Source: Eledone cirrhosa (taxonomy: Eukaryota). From it: a stretch of DNA of 64,000 bases. Made by a program: the position numbers and the translations under genes. This document shows, piece by piece, positions 63,550 through 64,000 of this stretch (positions are counted from its first letter, which is position 1; the number at the start of each line of letters is the position of its first letter). The stretch is from positions 77,252,001 to 77,316,000 of the forward strand of contig OZ024744.1 of the NCBI GenBank assembly GCA_964016885.1, read 5' to 3'. The notes under the pieces were generated by a model that did no database searches, was not told the origin of the DNA, and saw nothing but the letters and a program-made list of their open reading frames with translations.

Positions 63550-63771
63550 AATATATGAACAACCGTCCGGTTGTGGAACCAACCAACCAACCAACCGGAA
63601 CTTTATAAATTCTTAAATTTATAAATTTAATTTATAATAAATTGGAGTGAAAGCAACTGGTGCGTGTGTTTCTTATTAACAGCATGACCCTCCCAAAGCA
63701 TAACAATATCGGTTTCAACACACGTTTTCAGATAAATAATCTTGTTAAACAAATTCAGAAATATATATATA

Positions 63772-63821
<50 letters not shown>

Positions 63822-64000
63822 TATGAATATATATATAAATATGTATATATATATGAATATAACAAAGGAATTGTGGTAAGAAACCAGATGAACCATAACG
63901 CACCAGAGTACTCCAGTACTCCAGAAATAGCCGTCGAAACGGCTTGAGCTCTGCCGTCGGGGTCATACTTTTTCCTATATGAATATATATAAATATATAT

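Overview
AT-rich, microsatellite-saturated animal genomic DNA. The SINE repertoire and (TA)n/(CA)n density suggest an octopus or other cephalopod, which is inferred, not verified. There is no convincing intact protein-coding gene; nearly all ORFs in the track are microsatellite or repeat artefacts. The window is a mosaic of tRNA-derived SINEs (two main families), Tc1/mariner, hAT and other MITEs, and decayed mariner, RTE, Tx1/L1 and CRE-like coding remnants, plus a 4.3-kb 8-mer satellite. The main signal is a dense hammerhead-ribozyme (HHR) retroelement system. (i) A ~7-kb head-to-tail array (43194-50201) of ~490-565-bp units has an identical minimal type I hammerhead on the minus strand in all 13 complete units. 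It is capped by a 102-bp templated insert and an inverted copy, and resembles a retrozyme or HHR satellite. (ii) About ten distinct dispersed HHR-bearing families occur, many as long hairpins plus a short 3' tail inserted in (TA)n, with canonical and variant catalytic cores. (iii) Two Penelope-like ORF remnants are joined directly to HHR modules, pointing to Penelope-like elements as the source or driver. All motifs were read and folded by eye; coordinates of degenerate repeats are approximate.
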